Position numbers and translations under genes: made by a program. Below, in pieces: positions 7,791 through 16,620 of a DNA stretch of 64,000 nt (its first letter is position 1; each line of letters starts with the position of its first letter). Where the stretch lies: the IMG/VR virus record IMGVR_UViG_3300044701_004608, positions 32,001 through 96,000 of that record; one strand, given 5' to 3'. The notes beneath the pieces were generated by a model that saw only the letters and a program-made list of their open reading frames with translations, was not told the origin of the DNA and made no database searches. The stretch comes from a virus.

Positions 7791-9713
7791 TTATTGTCCT
7801 TGCGTCACAGTTATGGCCGCACAACTAGCGGTAGCACAATTGTGAGTTATAGAATAACTCTGTTGAGTAGAACCGCTCTGTGTGGCCGTTACACTGGTGG
7901 CACCACCTGTGAGTTCTATCCGTGCCATGTGATTGGCCGAGCCGCTCTGTGTGAGATTCACTGTTTTGTTGCCGCCTGCGAGGTTTATTTCGGAATAGTG
8001 ATTGCCTGTGCCGGTTTGATTTATGGTAAGGCTATTTGAATCGCTGTTAACGGTGGCTAATACACCTTTGCTGCCGCCAGTGCTGTTCTGTGTCAGCCCA
8101 ACGGTATTGGAACCACCTGTGAGATCTAATTCCACATAATTGCTGGAGGAATTCGTGGTGGTTTGATTTGTGGTCATGGAGTTATTGCTGCCAGTGATGT
8201 TGGCTTCTAGATAGTTCTTGCCACCATGTTGTGTCACAGAGATAACATTGGAGTTTCCTATCTGTTCGATGATGACTCGGCTGTCGCCCACTGCAGAAAA
8301 TACTCCTGCTCGGGTGGCAAATCCGCTGTTGGCATCAAATGGAGTGCTTACCCCGCCGCAGCATAGGTCACTGGGATTTGACACAGAACCAGATCCAGTG
8401 GCTGTTGAAGTGGCTGTACTACTGGATTCATAGTAAAAGGTGATCTCAGCGATCTGCATGCTGTCGCAGTTCAATCCACAACCGTCACCGGCCTTGGTGG
8501 TGGGGAAGAAAATATAGTAATAGATATAAGGAGTGGCGTTGGTCACTGAGATCATGCTGCTGGTGGTTTTCCTATCATCGGTCAGTGATAGATTTCCTTC
8601 TCCCAGCAGAGTCCAGGTCACACCGTCGTTGGAGGCATACAACTTATAACTGGTGGGATCTCTACCGGGAAAATCGTTGGCTGTTGTTAGAGTAAATCCA
8701 GTTATGACTTTACCGATGTTCAACTTCACTGTGACTCCGGCGTTCTTCTTGTCAAAGTTTAGATACTTGGTATCAGGGTCGTTGTCAAAGGCCTTGGCAG
8801 CATCTTCACCCGCAGGACTGTTGTTCGATGTGGGATAGTGATTGGTGATCCAGACATTCTGGCTGATGCCTGAATTGTAAACAGCAGTGGGCACAGATGG
8901 AGAGGGCGGTGGCGGAGCATCCGATCCTGGATTGGGATTTACTGGAGTGAATGTTTGTCCGTTCAATGAGGTTGTTCCCTGCACTTCGTCTACCAGCAGG
9001 ATGGGACTTAGTGCGGTATCACCTAGATTGAATGATGTGAAACCCAACACATAGGTTCCCGACACTGGCACAGTGAATGTGGCCACTTGCCAACCCGTGG
9101 CACCATAACTGCCTGTGGCATAGTTTCCTGTGCCGGGATTGGTAAAACCCAGCAAAGAATATCTCTGTTGTTTGTTGTTGAGAGTGGGAGTGATATTGCC
9201 GTCGGTGCTGTGGACCAGACTCATGATAGATCCGTCGTTGAAGGGAGTGTAGTCTGTGGAAAGATACTGCCAGGCCATGGTATAGGTCTGTCCTGCCTGC
9301 AAGGTGATCTCTCGCTTCATGTAGGAGCCTGTGGTGGGAGTTGGATTACCTCCTCCGCCGTTCTGCGATTGATAAGTCAGCATGTTTTTGATCGCGGTGT
9401 TTTCCACACCTGATAATCCCAGGCCCGAAGTGATCTGGTCAAAGGCCAAGCCGCCGCCTTGTATGCTGGCCATCTTGGTTCCATAGGGAGTGATGTTCCA
9501 GGTTAGGCCGCCACCAGGACTGTAGTTGGTGACGCCAGTGACCACGCTGACTCCCACACCATTTGGATTCCACCCGGTGGCTGACTGTGTTCCTGTGGTT
9601 CCACCAATCTGCCACTCTGCACCTAGACCGTTTTCGAATCCATAGTTGGCGTTGGCCAGCGCGGAGTGTAACACAGACAGTATCCCAAATAAAAAAATCA
9701 GTAGATTTTTCAT
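7791..9713 (-). CDS. Secreted adhesin-like protein: carbohydrate-binding-like domain, F5/8 type C (discoidin) domain, C-terminal curlin-like repeats
   Basis: Signal peptide MKNLLIFLF; SPAGEDAAKAFDN..TANDFPGRDP..ASNDG.TW; repeats such as IEQIGNSN, INQTGTGNH, LTQSGSANH. Confidence 0.75.
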   Translation of the reverse strand: MKNLLIFLFGILSVLHSALANANYGFENGLGAEWQIGGTTGTQSATGWNPNGVGVSVVTGVTNYSPGGGLTWNITPYGTKMASIQGGGLAFDQITSGLGLSGVENTAIKNMLTYQSQNGGGGNPTPTTGSYMKREITLQAGQTYTMAWQYLSTDYTPFNDGSIMSLVHSTDGNITPTLNNKQQRYSLLGFTNPGTGNYATGSYGATGWQVATFTVPVSGTYVLGFTSFNLGDTALSPILLVDEVQGTTSLNGQTFTPVNPNPGSDAPPPPSPSVPTAVYNSGISQNVWITNHYPTSNNSPAGEDAAKAFDNDPDTKYLNFDKKNAGVTVKLNIGKVITGFTLTTANDFPGRDPTSYKLYASNDGVTWTLLGEGNLSLTDDRKTTSSMISVTNATPYIYYYIFFPTTKAGDGCGLNCDSMQIAEITFYYESSSTATSTATGSGSVSNPSDLCCGGVSTPFDANSGFATRAGVFSAVGDSRVIIEQIGNSNVISVTQHGGKNYLEANITGSNNSMTTNQTTTNSSSNYVELDLTGGSNTVGLTQNSTGGSKGVLATVNSDSNSLTINQTGTGNHYSEINLAGGNKTVNLTQSGSANHMARIELTGGATSVTATQSGSTQQSYSITHNCATASCAAITVTQGQ

Positions 9714-10759
9714 CGGTTCCACTGCCTTATGGTTATCTTGGTAGACCCATCGCCGGTGACCCGTGTATGTAGGTCGTTGTCGTTGATGGATATGCTGTAA
9801 GTGACATTGTCTTGTAGTTCGCCCGACTTCACTGAGATAGTGTTGCCTTTTTCGGGATCGTGACGCCAGTAATAGTTGCGACCTTTTTCGTTGCCGCATT
9901 CGTTGAATGGGTAACAGTTGTCGTTCCGGCTGGATTCGTTGCTTTTATTCTCGGCACTGGCATCTACCAATAACTTCGTAGAGGACTCATCCGATTTCGC
10001 TTTCTGATCCCGGGCCGATTTCTTATCTTCATCCTCTCGGGCTTGTTCTTTCTCGCGATCTTTTTCTTTAAGTTGTTCATCAATACCATCGGGCTTGACC
10101 AAGTTCATGTCGTTGTTGATCAAAGCTATGTCGGGAATGACCGCTACCGGTGGTAGTGGCGCGGCATCTGAAGAAGCTACATATGTGGCCGTGAACGCTT
10201 GGTTCAAGCTCACCATGCCTGCGGCCGTTTCCACATCGATCTGGCCCACTGTACAGTTGTCAGCGATGCGATAGTTGTTAGTATTACGAGGATCTTCACA
10301 GCTGGGCAATAAAACGACCACAGAGCGTCCTGCTTCATCCACGGTCATGGAGAAGTCAGTGCCGCGCACAGCGATGGTGGCCGTGGGTGTCTTGAGGTTC
10401 ACTGCCTGTCGGTTGGTCTTGGCTATCTGGCCCGAAGTGTATTTCACTGTGCCTAGTGCCACTTTCATGGCCAGTTTGCCAGCATCGCTGGCCTTAGGGT
10501 CAAACACGAAATCGTCGATGACCAATCGACTGTTGGCTGTTATCTTTACCTTTGTGTTGTCTTGGAAAGTCAACCCGGCTTCAGTGGCCGATCCCACTAC
10601 TACGAGATCGTTGCTTTCGATGCCGGACTGTTTTGTTATCTGTGATGTAGCAGAACCGCGTTTGACGCTCGCGTTGGCACCTTTGAGTTCAGTTACCGAG
10701 CCTATAGAAGCCCATGAACTCACAGATGCCAACAGTAATAACGAGCATATCCAACGCAT
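9710..10759 (-). CDS. FecR-domain secreted protein
   Basis: Signal peptide; FQDNTKVKITANSRLVID, LKTPTATIAVRGTDF. Confidence 0.88.
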   Translation of the reverse strand: MRWICSLLLLASVSSWASIGSVTELKGANASVKRGSATSQITKQSGIESNDLVVVGSATEAGLTFQDNTKVKITANSRLVIDDFVFDPKASDAGKLAMKVALGTVKYTSGQIAKTNRQAVNLKTPTATIAVRGTDFSMTVDEAGRSVVVLLPSCEDPRNTNNYRIADNCTVGQIDVETAAGMVSLNQAFTATYVASSDAAPLPPVAVIPDIALINNDMNLVKPDGIDEQLKEKDREKEQAREDEDKKSARDQKAKSDESSTKLLVDASAENKSNESSRNDNCYPFNECGNEKGRNYYWRHDPEKGNTISVKSGELQDNVTYSISINDNDLHTRVTGDGSTKITIRQWNR

Positions 10760-11424
10760 TAGTTTCCAGTGATCACTGTCACTGTGTTCGAGTTACCGTT
10801 AGTGTTGATGCTGACGATAGTATCAATGCTTCCCGACTGTGTGACGGAATGCGTATTAGAAGTTCCTGTGACTGCGGCTGTCAATGTATGGCCACCACCT
10901 GCTGATGTGCCCGACATTGTATGTGTGAACTGGTTGCTGTCGCCCAGGATGGTGATCGAGGCTGAACTGTTGTCAGTCTGGATGTCCTGAGATACTGTGT
11001 TGCTGTTGCCAGTGATGCTAAGGCTGTTAGTGATGGCAGAACCTTTGATGGTCTGTGTCACTGTGTTGCTGTCGCCTTGTATAGTTGTAGTGCTTGTCAC
11101 TCCTGTACATGCAGTAGTTCCGTCACCGCAAGTCATGGTGATGGCGTTAGTGTCGCCAGTCACTGACTTAGTGATAGTGTTGCCAGAACCTGTGACAGCG
11201 TAAGCCAGCGTGTTTGAATCGCCGGTTTGTGTCACGGTCATTGAGTTGTTGCTGCCAGTGATGGTAGCGTCAACGCTGGAAGTACCCACAGAGTTGAGCG
11301 TACCAACTTGTGTTATGCTGATGGTGTTACTGCCACCAACCTGCTCGATATACACTGAGTTTCCTGCATGGGCCACGGTGAATGACATCGCCACCGCTAA
11401 ACCTATCAGTGTTCTTTTAAACAT
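10759..11424 (-). CDS. Curlin-repeat (CsgA/CsgB-like) secreted protein
   Basis: Signal peptide ending AHA; repeated N-x5-Q-x-G-x2-N units; Thr/Ser/Asn/Gly-rich. Confidence 0.75.
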   Translation of the reverse strand: MFKRTLIGLAVAMSFTVAHAGNSVYIEQVGGSNTISITQVGTLNSVGTSSVDATITGSNNSMTVTQTGDSNTLAYAVTGSGNTITKSVTGDTNAITMTCGDGTTACTGVTSTTTIQGDSNTVTQTIKGSAITNSLSITGNSNTVSQDIQTDNSSASITILGDSNQFTHTMSGTSAGGGHTLTAAVTGTSNTHSVTQSGSIDTIVSINTNGNSNTVTVITGN

Positions 11425-11466
11425 GCTTTATCAGAGGCGTTAAACCTCCGCTCCTTCATTTTATGT

Positions 11467-12618
11467 TCAATCGTCTAAACGACTGAATCTGCTTTTATGT
11501 ACCCAACCGGTATTGCCGCTATATTCGACGAATACCCAGTCTCGTTTCTTTTCTAGGACCACGACACGCGACCCGGGTTCAAGCCTTGTTGTCTTTTCAC
11601 TGTCCGTGATAGGCTGGCTCCGCAGGTTAGACCAATCTTTGATCTCACCTGTTTTTTTGATGGGCACAGCTTTCTGTTGAGGTACTACTTTTTCAGTTGT
11701 GGGTGAGGGCGGAGTTTCTTTTTCAATTTTCTTTTCTGTTACTGGAGAAGCCGCAGGAGCGGGTGCTACTTTGACTTCTTCTTTTTTTGGTTCAACCTTG
11801 GGTGTTTCTGTCAATGGTGTAGCCACGACCACTGGTTTACGATACTGCCAATGTCCTTTTTTCTCGCCTTGCTTGATCATCTCGATCACGGCGGCGTGGA
11901 TGGCTAGTTGTACTGCGCTGTTCATGCTTTCGTTGCTGGCGGCACCAGTTTCAAGTTCCAGTGCTTTAGTGCCAAGATCATAGAAGCGTAGCACGCCCAT
12001 CTTGTCTTGGAACGACACTACGGTTTTCTTGATCGTGACTGCTGTGAGAACTTCACCGCTGGCCACAGAAACAGCACGGAGACTAATCACGATCTCGTCC
12101 TGGCGATATTCTGTGCTGGCCCCGATGCCTAATAATCTAGCGCCCGAGCCACCACTGATCACGTTGCTGTCATAACCTACGATACCACCTTCAAGTATCA
12201 GTCCTGCGAACACCATAGGAGGCAATGCCTGTGCGTCCTTGCCTTGATAGAGTTCGCGCATCTGGCGTATGAGCTGGCGTTCCTTGACGATGTTGTCTAG
12301 GCCGCCACGCTCGACTACTTTAAACCAACTGCCGTTGCCTACTTCCTGTAAGCTACGGATGAGATAGTTGTCAGCACCTTGTGTCACAGCCGAGCTCAAT
12401 GATGCTAGAGTCTGGCTGGCTTTGCGTTGACCTGTTAAGTCACGGAAACTGTAGACGGCCACGGTGATAGCACCACCTTGTGGTGGTAACAGTTGTTCTT
12501 GGTTCAATAATACTGGTTGTGTGGCTTCAGGTTGATCGATGGTACGAACTTGTTTAGAAATCGTAGAGCATCCAGCCAACATGGATATCACTGCGAGTGC
12601 TAGGATAGTCTTCTTCAT
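11467..12618 (-). CDS. csgG: CsgG curli secretion lipoprotein fused to a C-terminal SH3b domain
   Basis: Lipobox LAGC; VAVYSFRDLTGQRK, WFKVVERGGLDNIVKERQLIR, EGGIVGYD; C-terminal NLRSQP..DWVFV..GWV. Confidence 0.92.
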   Translation of the reverse strand: MKKTILALAVISMLAGCSTISKQVRTIDQPEATQPVLLNQEQLLPPQGGAITVAVYSFRDLTGQRKASQTLASLSSAVTQGADNYLIRSLQEVGNGSWFKVVERGGLDNIVKERQLIRQMRELYQGKDAQALPPMVFAGLILEGGIVGYDSNVISGGSGARLLGIGASTEYRQDEIVISLRAVSVASGEVLTAVTIKKTVVSFQDKMGVLRFYDLGTKALELETGAASNESMNSAVQLAIHAAVIEMIKQGEKKGHWQYRKPVVVATPLTETPKVEPKKEEVKVAPAPAASPVTEKKIEKETPPSPTTEKVVPQQKAVPIKKTGEIKDWSNLRSQPITDSEKTTRLEPGSRVVVLEKKRDWVFVEYSGNTGWVHKSRFSRLDD

Positions 12619-13076
12619 GGCGCGATCCATCCAAAGTCACCGATGGGCACAGACACGGTAGTGACATTACCATTGTTGTCTGTGATAGTCATGGTGATGG
12701 TCTGTCCATCACTGGTGTAACTGATAGATCCGCCATTGAAACTGAAAGAACCATTGACTTGTGTGCCTTGGCCTTCGAATAGTTTTTCTGTGATCTGGCG
12801 TGCGAGTTCGTTGTAGACGCGGCTTTCCAAGTTGGCAATGAATCGTGCCATAGTGGTGTTTTTGGCGTCTTGCTCGGCTTTCAAGTCAGCGGCTTTCTTC
12901 TCGGCTGCGATAGCGAGTTTGCGGCTGAGTTCTTGATTATAGATAGTCAGGACATGGCTCGAGTAGCCGATGCCAGAAAATGCGGGTGAGTTAAATTGAT
13001 GTACTAATTCACTTGCTACTATACTGCTCGATATCACACAGCTCACGACCGCTATTGTAATTTTTTTTGCGATCAT
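12615..13076 (-). CDS. csgF: CsgF curli assembly protein
   Basis: Signal peptide then SELVHQFNSPAFSG; FIANLESR; ITDNNGNVTTVSVP. Confidence 0.88.
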   Translation of the reverse strand: MIAKKITIAVVSCVISSSIVASELVHQFNSPAFSGIGYSSHVLTIYNQELSRKLAIAAEKKAADLKAEQDAKNTTMARFIANLESRVYNELARQITEKLFEGQGTQVNGSFSFNGGSISYTSDGQTITMTITDNNGNVTTVSVPIGDFGWIAP

Positions 13077-13077
13077 T

Positions 13078-13110
13078 TGTCTGCTCCTAATATTATTTAA
13101 GGAGCAGACA
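13078..13110 (-). promoter_or_regulatory. RBS-sequestering hairpin with late promoter TAAATA in the loop
   Basis: 11-bp perfect inverted repeat TGTCTGCTCCT/AGGAGCAGACA containing the csgF SD; TAAATA at 13094-13099. Confidence 0.75.
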
Positions 13111-13128
13111 TTGCTTTATATTATGCTG

Positions 13129-13431
13129 TTATTTTGTGCGACTCAATATTTCGTCGTAGAATGAATCGAGTTCTCCGCCGAACTTGCCATAAAGTGTCTT
13201 AGACAACTCCTGACAGGTTTCGTAGTCGTTGTCTCGGGCCGCAGCAACAAACTGCTGGTGCAATTTCTTAGACTCGTCAAGTCCGATGAGATCACCGAGT
13301 TTTATTTTATCTGCGGTGACTACACAAAATGCTTCAACAGTCTGTCCTTCGACTACAAACGATTCTAGTTCAAGTACTGTGTGCTTCTTAGCCACTTCTT
13401 CGGCTATGTGACGATGTAGTATTATTTGCAT
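13129..13431 (-). CDS. Hypothetical phage protein
   Basis: Clean ORF; C-terminal GKFGGELDSFY resembles the cyclase tail GSFGGQMDKYY. Confidence 0.7.
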   Translation of the reverse strand: MQIILHRHIAEEVAKKHTVLELESFVVEGQTVEAFCVVTADKIKLGDLIGLDESKKLHQQFVAAARDNDYETCQELSKTLYGKFGGELDSFYDEILSRTK

Positions 13432-13436
13432 GAGTG

Positions 13437-14717
13437 TTATCCTAAATCGTATCCTTGACTATGGAAAATTTTGTATGATTTAGGAAATCTAAAACGATGA
13501 TTGGGTGTTTTAAAAAATGAAGGAAATTGTTCGTGATTGGGGTAGACAAAATCCTTGAACATATTAGAAAATTTTGTCCTATTATGATCGCCGATCCATT
13601 CCCAGTTAAACCAGTCAGGGTCCACCTGCATGGTTTTAGCGGCATTGATCATGTAGGCCTGGGAGGCATCGGTGTTTGATCCATAGAACCATTCATCTCT
13701 TTTAGTAAAGTAAATGCCAGTGACGCTTTTTTCGTTACTGAATGTGTCCAATGACCAATAAGGATATATTATAGTCTTGACATGTTCATTAGTGAGACGC
13801 CGGTCATTGAACCAAACAAGAGATTCAGCAACTTCGTACCCCCAACGATTTATTTTAGAAAATTGTTCGATTAGTGCTTGATTTTGGGGGTTTAACAAAT
13901 GTTTTTTGATTTCGTGGCATTGCTTGATGACTAATTCGGGAAGATCGGGAGTCCAATAAAAAAACTCACTGTGGTCTGTTTCTCGATTATACATCTGAAA
14001 GTTAGCTGGCGCACTATGATCAATGATGTCATAAAAACTAGCTGACCATTTTCCGTCACGATATCTCACTGAAGGTTTGTCGGTAGCATGTATGATCGCT
14101 AATTTTTTACCTGACTCAATGATCTTTTTGTAATCATCAATGTAGAGTCTTAGGTCTGCGCGGCAGACATTTTGTATACTAGCACAAGCATTACCATAAT
14201 AGATAAATTCAAATTTAGCTTCGGGATGATCTTTCCAAAATTGAAATTGAAATTCGGTGAGATCAACAAATCTATGTTTGACGTTTGGAAATTTTTCTTT
14301 GACCAATTCTCCATAAGGATGTGCCACTTTCCATATCTCGGCATTTTGAAAAGAATCCTTGTCGCCTTTGTTGCCTTCATAGGTATGCCAACTTAGCAGT
14401 TCGTCAATAGGAATATCATTTTTCAAGAAAGCCATGAGAGCATTGTGGCTGTCCGATCCACCGCTGAAGGCTAGAACAAGATAGTCGTATTTGTTTCTTA
14501 ATTGCTCGGCTCGCCGGCGATAGAGATCTAACAACGATTCGCTGGGTTCAATGGCCCAGTTATAACAGGAAAAAACTTCGTCGTTGAAATTCCAGCGTGG
14601 CTTTTTTTTAGATTGTTCAGATACTACTATAGCATCATATTTGCTGTAGGTTTTGTAGTCGCCAACTTCGTAATAACCAAATCGATTCTTATCGCTATTA
14701 GGGTGGAAGAGTTTCAT
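13437..14717 (-). CDS. PP-loop adenine nucleotide alpha-hydrolase-like protein
   Basis: LAFSGGSDS motif; start MKLFHP overlaps the upstream stop; AT-rich. Confidence 0.75.
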   Translation of the reverse strand: MKLFHPNSDKNRFGYYEVGDYKTYSKYDAIVVSEQSKKKPRWNFNDEVFSCYNWAIEPSESLLDLYRRRAEQLRNKYDYLVLAFSGGSDSHNALMAFLKNDIPIDELLSWHTYEGNKGDKDSFQNAEIWKVAHPYGELVKEKFPNVKHRFVDLTEFQFQFWKDHPEAKFEFIYYGNACASIQNVCRADLRLYIDDYKKIIESGKKLAIIHATDKPSVRYRDGKWSASFYDIIDHSAPANFQMYNRETDHSEFFYWTPDLPELVIKQCHEIKKHLLNPQNQALIEQFSKINRWGYEVAESLVWFNDRRLTNEHVKTIIYPYWSLDTFSNEKSVTGIYFTKRDEWFYGSNTDASQAYMINAAKTMQVDPDWFNWEWIGDHNRTKFSNMFKDFVYPNHEQFPSFFKTPNHRFRFPKSYKIFHSQGYDLG

Positions 14718-15247
14718 CTTAGTTTTTTGATATTGTGTTCTCGGTAAACCTGCTGTACACCTTGTGCTTGATACACGCAATCGGCCAGGGCATTGTGGTG
14801 TCCTACTCGACCTTTTGCCCTTGGATCGCCGAGGACTCCAAATAGTGTGCGGCTGTCTCGTATCTGCCAAAACTGCCACGGAGTAGGCCAGCCATACTGG
14901 CGATAGATATTTTCAAGGATCGCGATGTCAAACACGGGGCCTTGTGCCCATATGTTATTTACACCTACAAGGAAACGGTTCAATTGTTTGTACATCTCTT
15001 CCACAGAGACACGATCATTTTCGCCAATGGCTTCTTCGCGTACCGCTTCGTCCTGTTTCATCCACCATTGTAGAGTGTCTTCCTGGACTTCTCGGCCACG
15101 TGCGATCTGTTCGTCGGCGTCTACCCGCAGATACAGTCCGGGGCCAGGTTCATCAGATGAGTAAGGGTCAAATTTAACCGCGCCCAGAGTCAGTATCACG
15201 CAATCGGGGCGGGTTCCTAGTGTTTCGAGGTCAAGCATCACATCCAT
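14714..15247 (-). CDS. DEDDh 3'-5' exonuclease (RNase AS-like)
   Basis: MLDLETL, WAQGPVFD, RDSRT, HNALADC. Confidence 0.88.
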   Translation of the reverse strand: MDVMLDLETLGTRPDCVILTLGAVKFDPYSSDEPGPGLYLRVDADEQIARGREVQEDTLQWWMKQDEAVREEAIGENDRVSVEEMYKQLNRFLVGVNNIWAQGPVFDIAILENIYRQYGWPTPWQFWQIRDSRTLFGVLGDPRAKGRVGHHNALADCVYQAQGVQQVYREHNIKKLR

Positions 15248-15253
15248 ACGGAT

Positions 15254-15282
15254 ATTATATGCTATTATTTTGATTGTGTCAA
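15254..15282 (-). promoter_or_regulatory. Sigma70-type early promoter, near-leaderless transcript
   Basis: TTGACA-17-TATAAT, 6 nt before the ATG at 15247. Confidence 0.8.
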
Positions 15283-15744
15283 GAGTTTTTGGCTTTCGGC
15301 GGCCACTACCCGTTTACGCAGGCTCGAACTGGAAAAACTATGGTCCCGGCCATTGAAAATGATTTCGATGCAGCGATGTTCACATTCATCTCGACCAGTG
15401 AAATGTTTACCTTCGTATTCCACACCCAACACCCGCACATCAATTGGAAGTATCAGTAACAAGTCTACGAGATCTTGTTCGGTTTGGTAGACCACCACTT
15501 CGTCCACATAACGGCAAGCAGCCAATTGGATCTGGCGTTCTACGATGCTTTGTACCGGAGAATTTTTAGTATCAGGACGGTCGATGGTGGGATCAGTCTG
15601 TAAGCCAGCGATGAGATAATCGCAATGGTTCTTGGCTTCGGCCAACATAGCGATATGCCCGGCATGTAGCATGTCAAAGGTAGAGAAGGTTATGCCGATC
15701 CTCTTGCCCTGGGCTTTGAGGTCTTTGATGTGGTTGAATATCAC
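15265..15744 (-). CDS. Cytidylyltransferase (TagD/glycerol-3-phosphate CT-like)
   Basis: TFDMLHAGH (HIGH-type), YVDEV, HSFSSSSLR. Confidence 0.88.
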   Translation of the reverse strand: MIFNHIKDLKAQGKRIGITFSTFDMLHAGHIAMLAEAKNHCDYLIAGLQTDPTIDRPDTKNSPVQSIVERQIQLAACRYVDEVVVYQTEQDLVDLLLILPIDVRVLGVEYEGKHFTGRDECEHRCIEIIFNGRDHSFSSSSLRKRVVAAESQKLLTQSK

Positions 15745-16058
15745 TGATCAGCTTCGAGTTTGACTTGTAAAGGGAAACCGTTGTTACGGGCGAGTAGTGT
15801 GACTTCGATGCCTTTTTGTTCGGCGATCTCAAAGGGCAACACCGCTACTACAGCAGATCCGTCACTATGGATACGGACGGTGATGTCTTGGGCCCGGTCT
15901 TCGTCGTAATCGAAGATAGCTTTAAGGGTTTCGATGACGAACTCCATTGTAGTTGTCTCGTCATTGATATAGATCACCTTGAAGAAGGGCGGCTCTTTGA
16001 TGGAAAGGTCTTCGGCGATTCGGGGTCTCACGATAGTTTCAGTTTTTGTGTCTGCCAT
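15741..16058 (-). CDS. clpS: ATP-dependent Clp protease adaptor ClpS
   Basis: PPFFKVIYINDETTTMEFV, IHSDGSAVV, EIAEQK, GFPLQV. Confidence 0.92.
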   Translation of the reverse strand: MADTKTETIVRPRIAEDLSIKEPPFFKVIYINDETTTMEFVIETLKAIFDYDEDRAQDITVRIHSDGSAVVAVLPFEIAEQKGIEVTLLARNNGFPLQVKLEADQ

Positions 16059-16091
16059 GTCATGTCCAGTATTTAATCGAAAGTCAAACAA

Positions 16092-16109
16092 GGGCGGGTC
16101 TCCCCGCCC
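16092..16109 (-). terminator. Probable intrinsic terminator after hsp20
   Basis: GGGCGGG/CCCGCCC stem followed by TTGTTT on the minus strand. Confidence 0.5.
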
Positions 16110-16115
16110 AGGGCA

Positions 16116-16556
16116 TCACTTAGCAAAAGTGATGGCGATCTTTTTAGGCTTCTTCTCCTCGGGAACCACATGCTCGAGTGCTACACTCAAGATACCATTC
16201 TTGACTGTGGCGGCACGCACTTCCACGTTGTCTGCCAGGGTGAATCTGCGAACGAAACTGCGAGCAGAAATACCACGATGCAGATACTCAGGAGTATCTT
16301 CCTGCTTGGCACGCTCACCGGCCACGGTCAGCACGCCATCTTTGAGCTCAACGTCGAGTTCTTCTTCGTTGAACCCAGCCACTGCTACTTCGACCACATA
16401 ATGTGCGTCGTCGAGCTTGACCACGTTATAAGGAGGATAGTTATCGCCTTTGCTGTTAGCGAAAGTGCGATTCAGTTCCTCAAACATACGGTCGAAGCCG
16501 ATAGCATGGCGGTGTAATGTAGGAAGATCAAAAGTGGAAAAAGTATATTGTGTCAT
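16116..16556 (-). CDS. Small heat shock protein Hsp20 (IbpA-like)
   Basis: IGFDRMF, YPPYN, VAVAGF, YLHRGIS.RSF, NGIL, PEEKKP..IAI. Confidence 0.95.
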   Translation of the reverse strand: MTQYTFSTFDLPTLHRHAIGFDRMFEELNRTFANSKGDNYPPYNVVKLDDAHYVVEVAVAGFNEEELDVELKDGVLTVAGERAKQEDTPEYLHRGISARSFVRRFTLADNVEVRAATVKNGILSVALEHVVPEEKKPKKIAITFAK

Positions 16557-16620
16557 AATATTCTCCTTTATTAAGCAAGTATGACGTTAATGAAATGTAG
16601 CCCGACCATCGGCGCTACAT
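16551..16620 (-). promoter_or_regulatory. ROSE-like RNA thermometer in the hsp20 5' UTR
   Basis: mRNA GUCAUA-CUUGCU-UAAUA-AAGGAG-AAUAU-UAUGAC pairs over SD and AUG; upstream hairpin at 16595-16620. Confidence 0.7.
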
